NCBI GenBank assembly: GCA_042408215.1
Contig: JAYFMW010000026.1
Span: 1 to 64,000, forward strand
Length of the DNA: 64,000 bases
Reading direction: 5' to 3'
Source of the DNA: Microcoleus sp.
GTDB lineage: Bacteria > Cyanobacteriota > Cyanobacteriia > Cyanobacteriales > Microcoleaceae
The position numbers and the translations under genes were made by a program. This document shows, piece after piece, positions 20,283 to 30,550 of this stretch. The stretch's first letter is position 1. Each line of letters starts with the position of its first letter. The notes under the pieces were generated by a model, which was not told the DNA's origin, ran no database searches, and was given only the letters and a program-made list of their open reading frames with translations.

Positions 20283-21884
20283 TTAGTCTTCATCAAAGAA
20301 AACATAACCGGGAAACATTTTAGCAAGAATATTTCCTAGCTCATACTCGACGCACTTTTTACTGCTTACTTCCTCGATCGCCAAATAAGCAATTTGCGAT
20401 CTATCCACTTTCATCCCAGCTCGATATCTTGCCCCAGATTGGTGATTTGGTACTTCAATATTTTGCGGCATCAATTCTTGGTGTCTTTTGCCTTTAGAAT
20501 TAATTTGTACCCACAGACTAACAAACATTTGTGACTCAGCAGTTTGATATGATTCCGTACAAAAATTAGGCTTTGCTAAAGCATCTAAATTAGAACCACC
20601 TTCGATTAAGGTAATTTCCTTTTGCACCTTTTGATCGGCAATGATACTTCTTAAACCAATACCAAGGGTATGAATATATTTCTCCGTTGGATCGACCAAA
20701 CCGTTAGCAATCAGACAAGCCCCGTAGGAAATAGCATAGGCACTATTAGTAATATTAAATGTTTGGTCAATGCGGGGGTCATTTTTCACAATTCCTAAAG
20801 CGTCAGTAATTGCTTTTTGAACTAGGAGAAACTGACAGAAACCACCTACCAGAAAAATGCGATCTATTGCCAATCCTTGTTCCTGAGTGTGGGCAATAAT
20901 TTTGTTAATTACCTTTTTGATGCCTTGGGAAATAGGGGCAAAAGCTTCGTCAACTTCTCCCAGCGTTACCGCGTAGCCACTGAATTTATAAGCTTCTTTT
21001 TGGGCTGTGTCATCGGGATCATCTAGATAGTTGGTTAGTTTTTTAGTGGCGTTGACATGACTGCCTATTTTTACACTTTCAAAGTCTTTGAGCAAGCTAG
21101 TAAAATCAGCAGTATTTTCATCTAAAGATTTACCATGTTTTTTAGTATAAGCTTGTTGGACAACGCGCCGATCGAAAGCGACTCCTGCTGATTCTAAACC
21201 TTTGTCACCTTGTCCGTGAAAGTAGAGAACTTCCACTTTCTTGTCCCCATAAATCCGACACAGGCTAACATCAAATGTACCGCCTCCCATGTCGCAAACA
21301 AGTATGTTACCGCTGAAAGGTTCGGTTCCCTTTGCCTTAGCACGCCGTTGAGTTTCCCAGGTATAATAAGCAGCAGCGGCCACAGGTTCGCTAACGAGTT
21401 GAATTAGCTGTTTTTCTAGTCCTAAATCTTTTTTAATTAATTCTTGCAGGCGCTCTCTACCTAAATTACGGATATCCCGTTGCCAAATTTCGGGGACTGA
21501 CACAACAATGCTGGCAATTTCCCCTTTTTCCCTGCTAAAACTGTAGTCATTCTCATTAGAAATTAGCAGTTCCCGCAGGTAATCAATGGTAACACTAATC
21601 GGAGTGCGATCGCCTGAAAAATATTGACCAAATTCAGACTCCTTTAGCGGTAATCGCATTTTGAAATTGCCGTAGGTTTCCACAGAGGAATCGTGGGCGG
21701 CGGCGGTACGGGCGGGAGTGCCAATTTCGGTGTCACCATCTGAATGATAGGCGATGAAAGAAGGGATGTATTTCTCTCCGTTTGGTGGCGGATACGGAAA
21801 TGCTTCGAGGTCTCCGTTGGGGGTGAGATAGGAGATGATCGAGTTGGTTGTACCGAAGTCTAGACCGATTTTGTAAGTTGACAT
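20283..21884 (-). CDS. Atypical Hsp70-family ATPase
   Basis: IGLDFGTTNS, VSVP, VSEPVAAA, DMGGGTFDVS, LVGG; short divergent C-terminus without a canonical DnaK lid. Confidence 0.88.
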   Translation of the reverse strand: MSTYKIGLDFGTTNSIISYLTPNGDLEAFPYPPPNGEKYIPSFIAYHSDGDTEIGTPARTAAAHDSSVETYGNFKMRLPLKESEFGQYFSGDRTPISVTIDYLRELLISNENDYSFSREKGEIASIVVSVPEIWQRDIRNLGRERLQELIKKDLGLEKQLIQLVSEPVAAAAYYTWETQRRAKAKGTEPFSGNILVCDMGGGTFDVSLCRIYGDKKVEVLYFHGQGDKGLESAGVAFDRRVVQQAYTKKHGKSLDENTADFTSLLKDFESVKIGSHVNATKKLTNYLDDPDDTAQKEAYKFSGYAVTLGEVDEAFAPISQGIKKVINKIIAHTQEQGLAIDRIFLVGGFCQFLLVQKAITDALGIVKNDPRIDQTFNITNSAYAISYGACLIANGLVDPTEKYIHTLGIGLRSIIADQKVQKEITLIEGGSNLDALAKPNFCTESYQTAESQMFVSLWVQINSKGKRHQELMPQNIEVPNHQSGARYRAGMKVDRSQIAYLAIEEVSSKKCVEYELGNILAKMFPGYVFFDED

Positions 21885-22022
21885 GATTGGTATTTTAATT
21901 AGCTGAAAACTCGCTTTTATAGTACCGTCGGCAGAAACCGAGTTTTTTTACGAAAACATTGCACCATAGCCTTTAATATCAGTAAAAACCCGGTTTCTTG
22001 AGTATTCAACAAATAACAATAA

Positions 22023-22679
22023 CTATTCCGGTTCAATTCCCAAGGCCCGCAACTGGTCAGCTAATCGCTCTGCACGTTGTTGTGCTTGCAATGCCGCTTC
22101 TTCCGGCGTGGGAACTAACAGCCCATCCAGGGTAAAATAGCGCAATTTCCCCTCATAAATTCCCAGATATAATTCTAGTATATCACTCCACAATCTACCA
22201 GATTCATTGGCAACAATGGCTTGATACTCTTGACCGATTAAACGAAAACCAGCAAATTCCAAATCTTCAGGATCGAACCAAAAATATTCGGGAGTTCTAA
22301 ACCGATTTTGATACAAGATTTTTTTCTCGTTTCGGTCAACTTTGGCGGTGGATTCAGAGAGTAATTCTATAATTATATCAGGGTACTTACCATCTTCTTG
22401 CCAAACCACCCAAGACCGACGCGGACGTTTTTGCGTATTCCTGATTAAGAAAAAATCCGGGCCGCGAAAATCCCGATTCCGCAATTGTTGCTCGCTGTAA
22501 TAAACTGTGAGGTTAGCCCCAATAAAAAAGTCATTTTTATTGCGCCACAGCCATTCTAAACAAGCCACTAATAAAGATAATTGTACATAATGTAAAGAAC
22601 TTTCCATTTCTGGTTCATCACTTTCAATTTTACTAGCATCTGGCATCAGTTTTGCCAGTTCTAGGGCTGTAAACACCAT
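22023..22679 (-). CDS. Uma2 family (PD-(D/E)xK) endonuclease
   Basis: ESDEPEMESSLH, FRGPDFF, PDIIIELLSESTAKVDR, PEYFWFDP. Confidence 0.92.
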   Translation of the reverse strand: MVFTALELAKLMPDASKIESDEPEMESSLHYVQLSLLVACLEWLWRNKNDFFIGANLTVYYSEQQLRNRDFRGPDFFLIRNTQKRPRRSWVVWQEDGKYPDIIIELLSESTAKVDRNEKKILYQNRFRTPEYFWFDPEDLEFAGFRLIGQEYQAIVANESGRLWSDILELYLGIYEGKLRYFTLDGLLVPTPEEAALQAQQRAERLADQLRALGIEPE

Positions 22680-22682
22680 CGC

Positions 22683-25220
22683 TTAATCCTCCCAATCTGG
22701 TATATCTGCTAACGCAAACCTCCTCATCGCCTCCCCAATCAAATTATCTCGCACCATGCGACTTTTGAGGCGATTCACCATTTTTTCATAAAAATTCCGC
22801 ACACTGCGTCCATTCCCAAAATTCCGCCCTCTATTTTGGTACGCAGCCATCAAAACTGCTTGTAAGCGCGCCGAGACATCGGGAGGACAAATCCACCCAT
22901 CCCCCTGACACATACTGAGGAAAATTTGGTGCAATTCTTCACCATTATAATCGGGAAACTCGATTTTGTAAGCAATCCGCGAAGCCATCCCGGAATTTGC
23001 ATCCATAAACTGTTCCATCTCGCGGGAATATCCAGCTAGAATTACTATTAAGCGATCGCGCTGATTCTCCATCATCGGTACTATAGTATCAATCGCTTCC
23101 TTCCCAAAATCAATCCCCGACTCGCTGCGACTGAGGGCGTAAGCTTCATCAATAAACAATACACCATCCAAAGCAGACTCGATCGCCTCAGCAGTCTTTT
23201 GTGCAGTTTCTCCCACAACACGCCCTACCAAACTGCGTCTGTCTGCTTCCACAAATTGCCCTTTCCGCAACAAACCCAAAGCCTTAAAAATCCGCCCCAC
23301 CAGTCGCGCGATCGTAGTTTTTCCCGTACCAGGATTCCCCGTAAACAGCATATGCCGCGTTTCGGTACTATTTTTAGTTAACATCCCAGCTTCCCGCAGC
23401 CGTTGATTAGCAATTTGGCTATTGACAATTTCTCCAATCGCTGCTTTCACAGAATGCAAACCAATTGTCCTGTCTAATTCCTGCAACAACTCCTGTAAAA
23501 TCGCCTCATCTTTTCTCGATTCTTGTCGGTATTCAGCAGGTAAATCCGCAACTTGAAAAGGTTCCAAAAGCCGATCGCACTTTTGTTCAATCACCCGCTG
23601 ACTACGCAACTCATCCATCAAATTAAACAAATTTTCCACCAAGCCCGCATTCCCAAAAGTGCGATCGCGCCTTTGATACAATTCACCAAACAAATTCATC
23701 AAAGCCACCTCCAAATCCGGCGTAATCGAACACCGCACCCGCGCCACCCGCTGTTGAAAAATCGCCAACAACTCAGCCGGATTATAATCTTCAAACACAA
23801 TTTCAGTCAAGCGGCGCTGCAAACCCGGATTTGCCGCCACAAATTCCGCCATTTCATCAGGATATCCCGCCACAATTACCGCCAGTCGGTGTCTGTCATC
23901 CTCCATCCGTTTTACCAGCACATCCACTGCTTCTTTCCCAAACTGATCCCCTTGAGTTAAGGTATAAGCTTCATCAATAAATAACACTCCATCCAGGGCT
24001 GCATCAATAGCTTCATTAGTCTTAATCGCAGTTTGTCCCACATATCCTGCCACTAAATCTTGCCTTCCTACCTCCTTCAAATGTCCCCGCTTCAACAATC
24101 CCAAATCGCGATAAATTTCCCCAATTAATCTCGCCACAGTAGTTTTCCCAGTACCAGGATTACCCTTAAAAATTACGTGCAGCCGAATCGGTTCAGTGCT
24201 AATACCTTGTTGCAGCCTTTCTCGCTCAATTTCCAACACTTGCATCCGTCGCCGAATCGTATTTTTAACAGCAGCAAGCCCAGTCATTTCTGCCAATCTT
24301 TCTAAAGCAGGTTTAGTATTCATATCAGCAGATAACCATCCCAATCTTTTCGCTTCTGTCAAGGAAATTTCGCGAGCAGTTTCAAAGCGATCGCACCAAT
24401 GTTTCAGCGGCTTATTTTCCGCAGCTATCCAACTGCATAATTTATCCGCCCCATTCCAGTCTACCACCTTGCGGTGTTCCAGTCGAAAATAATCCCGCAA
24501 GGCTCTAATTTCTCCCGCATCAGGCGCACTCAAACGCACGAAATTAACCGCGCGACTGTTAGAATCATCGCCATTGTTTGCCAGATTTGCTAGAAATGTG
24601 AATCCAATCCGTTGACAAAACTGCTGTAAAGTAGTACGATTTTCATGGTGAAAAATGAAGATACAAAGATTGCGATTGTTGGGCGGGAAACGCGACCAAT
24701 CTACAATCCGTCCAAACAGTTCGCGGCGGTTGTCAAAATTAGCCAAATCTTCAGCATTAGAAAAGACGATCGCCGATTGTTGCGAACTCTCCCGCATCGC
24801 GGTTTCAAAAATCGGCAGGATTTGAGTATCTTGGAGCCTGGGGCTTGAATTGGGTGCTGCGGGGGTAGGTGTAGCGGGGGTATTTGTCTGGGCTGATTGC
24901 TTCCCTAACAATCCGCCCTTGTTCCCTAAAGCACCTCTGAATCGCATCGGCTGTGAAGATGCGGAACTAGCGGCAGATTTGGGTTGTAAACGCGATCGCG
25001 CGCGCGATTTCTCATCCAGAAAATACAGTTTTTTAGTACCAGAATAAAATAGAATTCGCTGATAGCCTTCGCAGCGCAAATATTCATGTAAAACCTGTTC
25101 AATATTTCGCAACAATAAATCCTGACTGCAAAACGTATCGCTCGTATTCGCCCCGTAGAGGACTAAAAAGCGATCGCCCGACTGTAAATTCAATCCTGAT
25201 GTCACCCTTTCAACTGTCAT
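22683..25220 (-). CDS. Tandem AAA+ ATPase, CbbX/SpoVK/EccA-like
   Basis: Two modules, each with GNPGTGKTT, GVLFIDEAY and R.FGN motifs, after a ~300-aa N-terminal domain. Confidence 0.92.
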   Translation of the reverse strand: MTVERVTSGLNLQSGDRFLVLYGANTSDTFCSQDLLLRNIEQVLHEYLRCEGYQRILFYSGTKKLYFLDEKSRARSRLQPKSAASSASSQPMRFRGALGNKGGLLGKQSAQTNTPATPTPAAPNSSPRLQDTQILPIFETAMRESSQQSAIVFSNAEDLANFDNRRELFGRIVDWSRFPPNNRNLCIFIFHHENRTTLQQFCQRIGFTFLANLANNGDDSNSRAVNFVRLSAPDAGEIRALRDYFRLEHRKVVDWNGADKLCSWIAAENKPLKHWCDRFETAREISLTEAKRLGWLSADMNTKPALERLAEMTGLAAVKNTIRRRMQVLEIERERLQQGISTEPIRLHVIFKGNPGTGKTTVARLIGEIYRDLGLLKRGHLKEVGRQDLVAGYVGQTAIKTNEAIDAALDGVLFIDEAYTLTQGDQFGKEAVDVLVKRMEDDRHRLAVIVAGYPDEMAEFVAANPGLQRRLTEIVFEDYNPAELLAIFQQRVARVRCSITPDLEVALMNLFGELYQRRDRTFGNAGLVENLFNLMDELRSQRVIEQKCDRLLEPFQVADLPAEYRQESRKDEAILQELLQELDRTIGLHSVKAAIGEIVNSQIANQRLREAGMLTKNSTETRHMLFTGNPGTGKTTIARLVGRIFKALGLLRKGQFVEADRRSLVGRVVGETAQKTAEAIESALDGVLFIDEAYALSRSESGIDFGKEAIDTIVPMMENQRDRLIVILAGYSREMEQFMDANSGMASRIAYKIEFPDYNGEELHQIFLSMCQGDGWICPPDVSARLQAVLMAAYQNRGRNFGNGRSVRNFYEKMVNRLKSRMVRDNLIGEAMRRFALADIPDWED

Positions 25221-25290
25221 TGATTTTGAATTTTAGATTTGAAAGCCCGTCATTATTTTTGCTTTTTACATCTTACACCCAAATCAAAAT

Positions 25291-25657
25291 CTCGTGCGGA
25301 TTCAAGAAACCGGGTTTTTTCCTGAATTTTCGCACCCCATCCTAAACCTTGATAAAAACCCGGTTTCTCACCCCTCGCGTAGACTCAAGAAACCTAGACT
25401 CTAGAAACCGGGTTTTTTCCTGATTTTTCGCCCCCCATCCTAAACCTTGATAAAAACCCGGTTTCTCGCCCCTCGCGTAGACTCAAGAAACCTAGACTCA
25501 AGAAACCGGGTTTTTGCCTGAATTTTTTGCACCCCATCCTAAACCTTGATAAAAACCCGGTTTCTCGCCTCGCGTAGATTCAAGAAACCGGGTTTTTTCC
25601 TGAATTTTCGCACCCCATCCTAAACCTTGATAAAAACCCGGTTTCTCGCCTCTCGCG
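25291..25657. repeat. Tandem array (4 units) of the AAGAAACCGGGTTTT...AAAACCCGGTTTCT hairpin repeat
   Basis: Near-identical units with CCCCATCCTAAACCTTGAT loop. Confidence 0.9.
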
Positions 25658-25759
25658 TAAACTATTTAAATAATAAATTAGGAAATAAAAACCCCGCGCT
25701 AGGGCGCGACAGAAAAAGAGAAGAGAGAATAAAGAGCAAAAACTCAAGAGAGCAAAGGG

Positions 25760-27457
25760 CTAGGGAAACCTCGCGGCAACACAAGCAACCCGAAAACCGA
25801 AGCCGTAGTAGCGGAACGCCGATCGATCCCCGAGGCGAAAGGCCGAACGGCAGCGCCACGGATAGTGGCTCCATGAACCACCGCGCAAGAGCCGGGAATG
25901 ATTATCATTATCATTCAGCTTCTGCCTAAGATTTATTAAATGATTTTTATCCAAATCATCCCAAGCACTTCCATCTACGGGAGCGCCATTGTAATTTTCA
26001 TGCCAAACATCGCTGCACCACTCCCAAACATTGCCGTGCATATCGGATAACCCGAAAGCATTAGCAATTTTTAAACTGCCAACAGGGGTGGTTTTTTGGC
26101 GATACTCGCCCTTGGGGCCCTCACCGTAAGTATAATTACCGTTGTAATTTACAAACTTAGAAGAAATAGTTTCTCCAAAATGAAAAGGAGTAGTTGTCCC
26201 AGCGCGGCAGGCATATTCCCACTCAGCCTCGCTGGGGAGACGGTAGGGAAGTTTTGTATACTCTGTCAGTCGTGCACAAAACTCTACTGCATCATACCAT
26301 GAAATCCTTTCAACTGGCAAGTCTTTTCCCTTAAAATTGGCAGGATTGGCTTCGATGTCTCGCACCACCTTCGGCAAACCAGCCACCGCCGCCCACTGAG
26401 CCTGCGTTACCGGAAATCTCCCCAAATAAAAAGGCGAAACCGTAACTTGGTGCTGGGGACTTTCCGAATCTCTCCTTTCCAGTTCAGTATCGGGAGAACC
26501 CATCCAAAACTTGCCACCAGGAATCGCCACCATTTCCAACATTATACCACCGGGCAATGCTTGAATCAAGGCCTGGGCAGTTCCATTTTGGCGGCTATTT
26601 TCCCTTCCTTGTCTATCAACAGTCACCACCGGAAACGAAAACTCCCGGTGATTTCCTACTACTAACTCCCGCTGCACCAGTTGTTGCTCCAATCCCACTT
26701 GCAATCGAGAATTTTCTGTATGAGCTTTTGCCAATTGCGCGGCTAATTCATCCCGTTCCCGTGCTATGCTTTGCCTGCGAGCATTTTCCGTCTGAGACTG
26801 TGACAATTGAGTAGCCAAGTCTGATTGCAAGCGAGCAATTTCTGTATGAGCTGCTGCAAGTTGGGTTCCTAATTCCGATTGTAGACGAGAATTTTCCGTC
26901 TTAGCTGCTGCAAGTTGTGCGACTAATACCAAATGTTCTTGTTTCAGCTTGTGCAATTCTGCATCAGATTGTGCCAATTGCACAAATAATTCAGCCCGTT
27001 CTCGTGTCACCTGTTCCAATCGAGAAATCCCTAGATTAGCCTGTGCAAGTTGCGCGACTAATTCAGCGCGTTCTCCTGCGAGCTTAGCTATTTCTGCTTG
27101 CAGTGCCGGTGTTTCTTGTTCCTTTTGAGTTAGTTGAGCAGTAACTTGTTCTAATTTAGCTTGAAGTTGCCGGCGCAGACTTCGGCTTTTAGCTAATTGT
27201 TCCTGGACTTGAGTCAACTGTTCGGTTAACTGGGAACTAAGATCGGCTTTTTCTTGGTTGAGTCGCTCTTGAGTAGCGATAAAACTCGACCAAATTCGCC
27301 TCGCACCAGCTAATTGGGATTGTTGATTTTGGACAAAAACATCTGGCAATTCTCCCAACACATACACATTATCCTGGCTCAAATCCCAACCGCAGCTAGA
27401 GCAAAAATTCACTGTTGCTTCGACATATTCTGTTTGACAAATCGGGCAATTCGACAC
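25760..27457 (-). CDS. Zn-ribbon + coiled-coil + FGE-sulfatase (C-type-lectin-fold) protein; probable DGR target
   Basis: CPIC..CSSC; repeated ERAEL.AQLA; IPGGKFWMGS, PVERISWYDA, RLPSEAEWEYACRAG, DMHGNVWEWC, RGGSW...GFRV; GTG start after AGGAGG. Confidence 0.9.
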   Translation of the reverse strand: MSNCPICQTEYVEATVNFCSSCGWDLSQDNVYVLGELPDVFVQNQQSQLAGARRIWSSFIATQERLNQEKADLSSQLTEQLTQVQEQLAKSRSLRRQLQAKLEQVTAQLTQKEQETPALQAEIAKLAGERAELVAQLAQANLGISRLEQVTRERAELFVQLAQSDAELHKLKQEHLVLVAQLAAAKTENSRLQSELGTQLAAAHTEIARLQSDLATQLSQSQTENARRQSIARERDELAAQLAKAHTENSRLQVGLEQQLVQRELVVGNHREFSFPVVTVDRQGRENSRQNGTAQALIQALPGGIMLEMVAIPGGKFWMGSPDTELERRDSESPQHQVTVSPFYLGRFPVTQAQWAAVAGLPKVVRDIEANPANFKGKDLPVERISWYDAVEFCARLTEYTKLPYRLPSEAEWEYACRAGTTTPFHFGETISSKFVNYNGNYTYGEGPKGEYRQKTTPVGSLKIANAFGLSDMHGNVWEWCSDVWHENYNGAPVDGSAWDDLDKNHLINLRQKLNDNDNHSRLLRGGSWSHYPWRCRSAFRLGDRSAFRYYGFGFRVACVAARFP

Positions 27458-27539
27458 GCATTTCCTCCTTGATGGCGAGATGATTCACTAAATTGCGTAA
27501 CAATATTATAGTGCAAAATAAACAAAGGAAGTCTGAGTT

Positions 27540-27900
27540 CTCGTGCGGATTCAAGAAACCGGGTTTTTTCCTGAATTTTTGCACTCCATCCTAGACTTGG
27601 ATAAAAACCCGGTTTCTGAGCTCTCGCGTAGATTCAAGAAACCGGGTTTTTCCTGATTTTTCGGACTCCATCCTAGACTTGGATAAAAACCCGGTTTCTG
27701 AGCTCTCGCGTAGATTCAAGAAACCGGGTTTTTTCCTGAATTTTCGCACTCCATCCTAGACTTGGATAAAAACCCGGTTTCTGAGCTCTCGTGCGGATTC
27801 AAGAAACCGGGTTTTTTCCTGAATTTTCGCACTCCATCCTAGACTTGGATAAAAACCCGGTTTCTCGCCACTCGCGTAGATTCAAAAAACCGGGTTTTTT
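27540..27900. repeat. Tandem array (~4.5 units) of the same hairpin repeat
   Basis: Units with CTCCATCCTAGACTTGGAT loop; abuts the stop codon of the upstream gene. Confidence 0.9.
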
Positions 27901-29413
27901 ACTGATTTTTTGATACACTAGGTGATGGAGGCGGTGCAACTTGACGGCGCTTTACTTCCTCCAAATTCTGATATTCCTGCTGTGCTTTCTGATTGCACAC
28001 CGGTTCACCATCCCCCTGCACTCCTTCCTCCTCCAAAGCATTAAAAATAGCCTTCGCATTTTGCTGCGTCGCTGTTTCATCCACCAGGGTTTGACTGAAG
28101 GTGTTAATCGAAACTGAGTTCGCCCCAAACTCTTTTTCTGGACTGATGACTGTCACCACTTCATCGCCAGCAATATTTTTCACTTTCACCACAAAAGCAT
28201 TGCGCTGGTCATCACCTTCGTAGACAGCATCGGACTCGGAATTAACTAAAGTATATCCCAAAGATTCCAGAGCACTTACAACTTTGTCGGCAATTTCTAC
28301 TCGCAATTGGGAACCCAAGATTGTGAGTTTTGCCTGTTCGACAATCTCGCCTAAAATGGGCTGCAAAGCAATGATTTTTTCGCCCAATTCCTGCACTTGC
28401 TCGGTAGTAAGTTTCGATTCCCCAGCTTTGAGTTGCGATTCCAACTGATTCAACTGCTGTTCGTACTCGCTCAAGCGACCATTAACCCAATAATCTACTT
28501 CTAATTTAAACTTCTGGGCCTCATCGCCTTCCCCCATTTCAATTTCGCATTCTTTGTTAGCCTGGACTTCGACAATTAAACTTTTCAAATCTTCCCAAGC
28601 AGCATTATAAAGCAACAGCCATTCTTGCTCCTTCTGTTCTAATTGGATTCGCAAATCAGCTAAATCTAAATAGGTTTGCTGGGTAGTAGCAATGGCCGCT
28701 TCTGTCAAGCCAGCTTGGATATTGCTCTGTGCCATTTCTAAGCCGCGGTGCAAATCTGCCAGTTTTCCCGGAGCAAAGCGTTGATGTTGGTAATCGCGAT
28801 TTATTTGTTCCCAAATTACTGCCACATCGGACAATAAATCTTCGGCAATTTTGGCTTTCCGCTGGGTTTCCTGTTCTAGATTATCAACAACTCGATCTAT
28901 TTGCACCTGTAAAACTTTCTGTCCCCGTTCTCGCGCTTGCTGTTCCTCCGCAATCAACTGGGTGAATTTCCTGTCTTGGCGATCGATCAAACCCGTGTAT
29001 TCCTGCCGCTGCTGGGCGGTAATTCGCAGATATTCGCCCCGCTGCTGCTCAAAACCTTGACGCTGGGCGGACTCCAAGCGGCTTGTTTCCTGCTGCAAAG
29101 CCTGCTGCTGGCGAGATTCGGCTTCGCGCACGGCGGTTTTAAAGTCCTGTCGCTGCTGTTGCAAGCGCTTTTGAGTATCTTGTTCTAAGCTGGCTATATT
29201 GCTTTTGAGGTTTTGGGTTTCTTGTTCCTGCTGTCTGGCGCGCTGTTCCAGGGGGGCCAAGCGCTGTTGAAACTCTTGCTGTGCTTGTTGTCGGACGGCA
29301 TTTAACCGTTCTGGTAAATCGTTCTGTACGGAGCGCAAACGGCTTTCCTGTTCGCGCAATCGTCGCAATTCTTGTTCTTCTACGCTGACATATCGAGATT
29401 TTACACCGCTCAT
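27899..29413 (-). CDS. Coiled-coil protein with small C-terminal alpha/beta domain; first gene of the cluster
   Basis: MSGVKSRYVSV start, ~370 aa Q/E/R-rich helix, then ALESLGY...VVTVISP domain. Confidence 0.8.
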   Translation of the reverse strand: MSGVKSRYVSVEEQELRRLREQESRLRSVQNDLPERLNAVRQQAQQEFQQRLAPLEQRARQQEQETQNLKSNIASLEQDTQKRLQQQRQDFKTAVREAESRQQQALQQETSRLESAQRQGFEQQRGEYLRITAQQRQEYTGLIDRQDRKFTQLIAEEQQARERGQKVLQVQIDRVVDNLEQETQRKAKIAEDLLSDVAVIWEQINRDYQHQRFAPGKLADLHRGLEMAQSNIQAGLTEAAIATTQQTYLDLADLRIQLEQKEQEWLLLYNAAWEDLKSLIVEVQANKECEIEMGEGDEAQKFKLEVDYWVNGRLSEYEQQLNQLESQLKAGESKLTTEQVQELGEKIIALQPILGEIVEQAKLTILGSQLRVEIADKVVSALESLGYTLVNSESDAVYEGDDQRNAFVVKVKNIAGDEVVTVISPEKEFGANSVSINTFSQTLVDETATQQNAKAIFNALEEEGVQGDGEPVCNQKAQQEYQNLEEVKRRQVAPPPSPSVSKNQ

Positions 29414-29535
29414 TTTTGCTCAGGTATTGCTAAACTTAAGTTTAGTTTATATCAAAGATGGCTGAGTATGGTTGTCAAAGATCAAATTTCAGGTGTGGCT
29501 ATTAACTTTTGTAAAATTGAAAACCGAGTTAACTC

Positions 29536-30456
29536 ATGAAAATATCGAAAAACGATTTTTTTTTCTCTTTCTTCTTGCTGCTTTGTTTGTTTGCAGTAGC
29601 AGGATGTACCTCTAGTTCCGAAAAGCGAGTTGTCATCTGCTCGAAAGACTTTTCCGAACAAGTGATTCTCGCAGAAATTTTAGCACGCCGTATCGAAGCT
29701 AAAACAAATATTAAAGTAGAACGGGAACTGAATCTCGGAGGCTCGCTTTGTCATCAATCCTTAACAGCAGGTAAAATCGATTTGTACGTGGAATATACGG
29801 GTACTGCTTACTCCAGCATTCTCAAACAAAAGCCGATTTCAGACCCCAAAAAAGTCTTCGATTATATCAAAAAAGAGTATCCTAAACAGTTTAAAGCAGA
29901 ATGGATTGAGCCCTTGGGATTTAATAACAGTTTTGCGATTATTGTGCGGGGAGATGATGCGAAAAAGCTCAATCTACAAACTCTCTCGCAACTGGGGCAA
30001 GTTGCTCCCAAACTGCGGGCTGGTTTTGGCCCAGAATTTAAAGAGAGAGAAGATGGATTTCCCGGATTGGCTAAAACTTACGGGATTAAATTTGCCCAAG
30101 AACCGAAGGAATTGTTGTTAGGATTGCTTTATCAAGCGCTGCAACAAAAAGAGGTGGATGTGATTGCTGGAGGTACAACCGACGGTTTGATTCAAAGCTT
30201 GGGTTTGGTGGTGCTGCAAGATGATAAAAACTATTTTCCGCCCTATGAAGCAGTGCCGGTTGTGCGATCGCAAATTTTGGATAAATACCCGGAATTGCGC
30301 CCGGTGATCGCAGAATTTAGTGGCAAAATCTCCGAGCAGGATATGCGGAAACTCAACTATCTAGTTGATGGGAAACAGCAGGATGCTGGAAAAGTTGCCC
30401 AGCAGTTTTTGCGGGAAAAATTTGGCGATTCAAAGCCTGTCGCTCCCGCAAAATAA
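29536..30456 (+). CDS. Glycine betaine/osmoprotectant ABC substrate-binding lipoprotein (OpuAC/OsmF-like)
   Basis: Lipobox AVAGC, SKDFSEQVILAEI, YVEYTGTA, LQDDKNYFPPY. Confidence 0.9.
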   Translation: MKISKNDFFFSFFLLLCLFAVAGCTSSSEKRVVICSKDFSEQVILAEILARRIEAKTNIKVERELNLGGSLCHQSLTAGKIDLYVEYTGTAYSSILKQKPISDPKKVFDYIKKEYPKQFKAEWIEPLGFNNSFAIIVRGDDAKKLNLQTLSQLGQVAPKLRAGFGPEFKEREDGFPGLAKTYGIKFAQEPKELLLGLLYQALQQKEVDVIAGGTTDGLIQSLGLVVLQDDKNYFPPYEAVPVVRSQILDKYPELRPVIAEFSGKISEQDMRKLNYLVDGKQQDAGKVAQQFLREKFGDSKPVAPAK

Positions 30457-30550
30457 ATAATTTAAATTCTAGCGCAGTGCGAGCTTCTAGCTCGCGATCG
30501 GGACCCTCGCACTGCACAATAATTATCAGCGCAGATTTGTAGGGGTAGTG

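Noticed and set aside
20283..21884. dnaK
   Set aside because: Too short and divergent, lacks the canonical substrate-binding lid, no dnaJ or grpE nearby
22683..25220. Rubisco activase cbbX or type VII secretion eccA
   Set aside because: Double-AAA architecture; no rbc genes, FtsK/EccC or WXG100 genes in the window
25627..25929. Plus-strand 100-aa ORF or a DGR template repeat
   Set aside because: Antisense shadow of the FGE 3' end; only one copy of this sequence was seen in the window, so no VR/TR pair here
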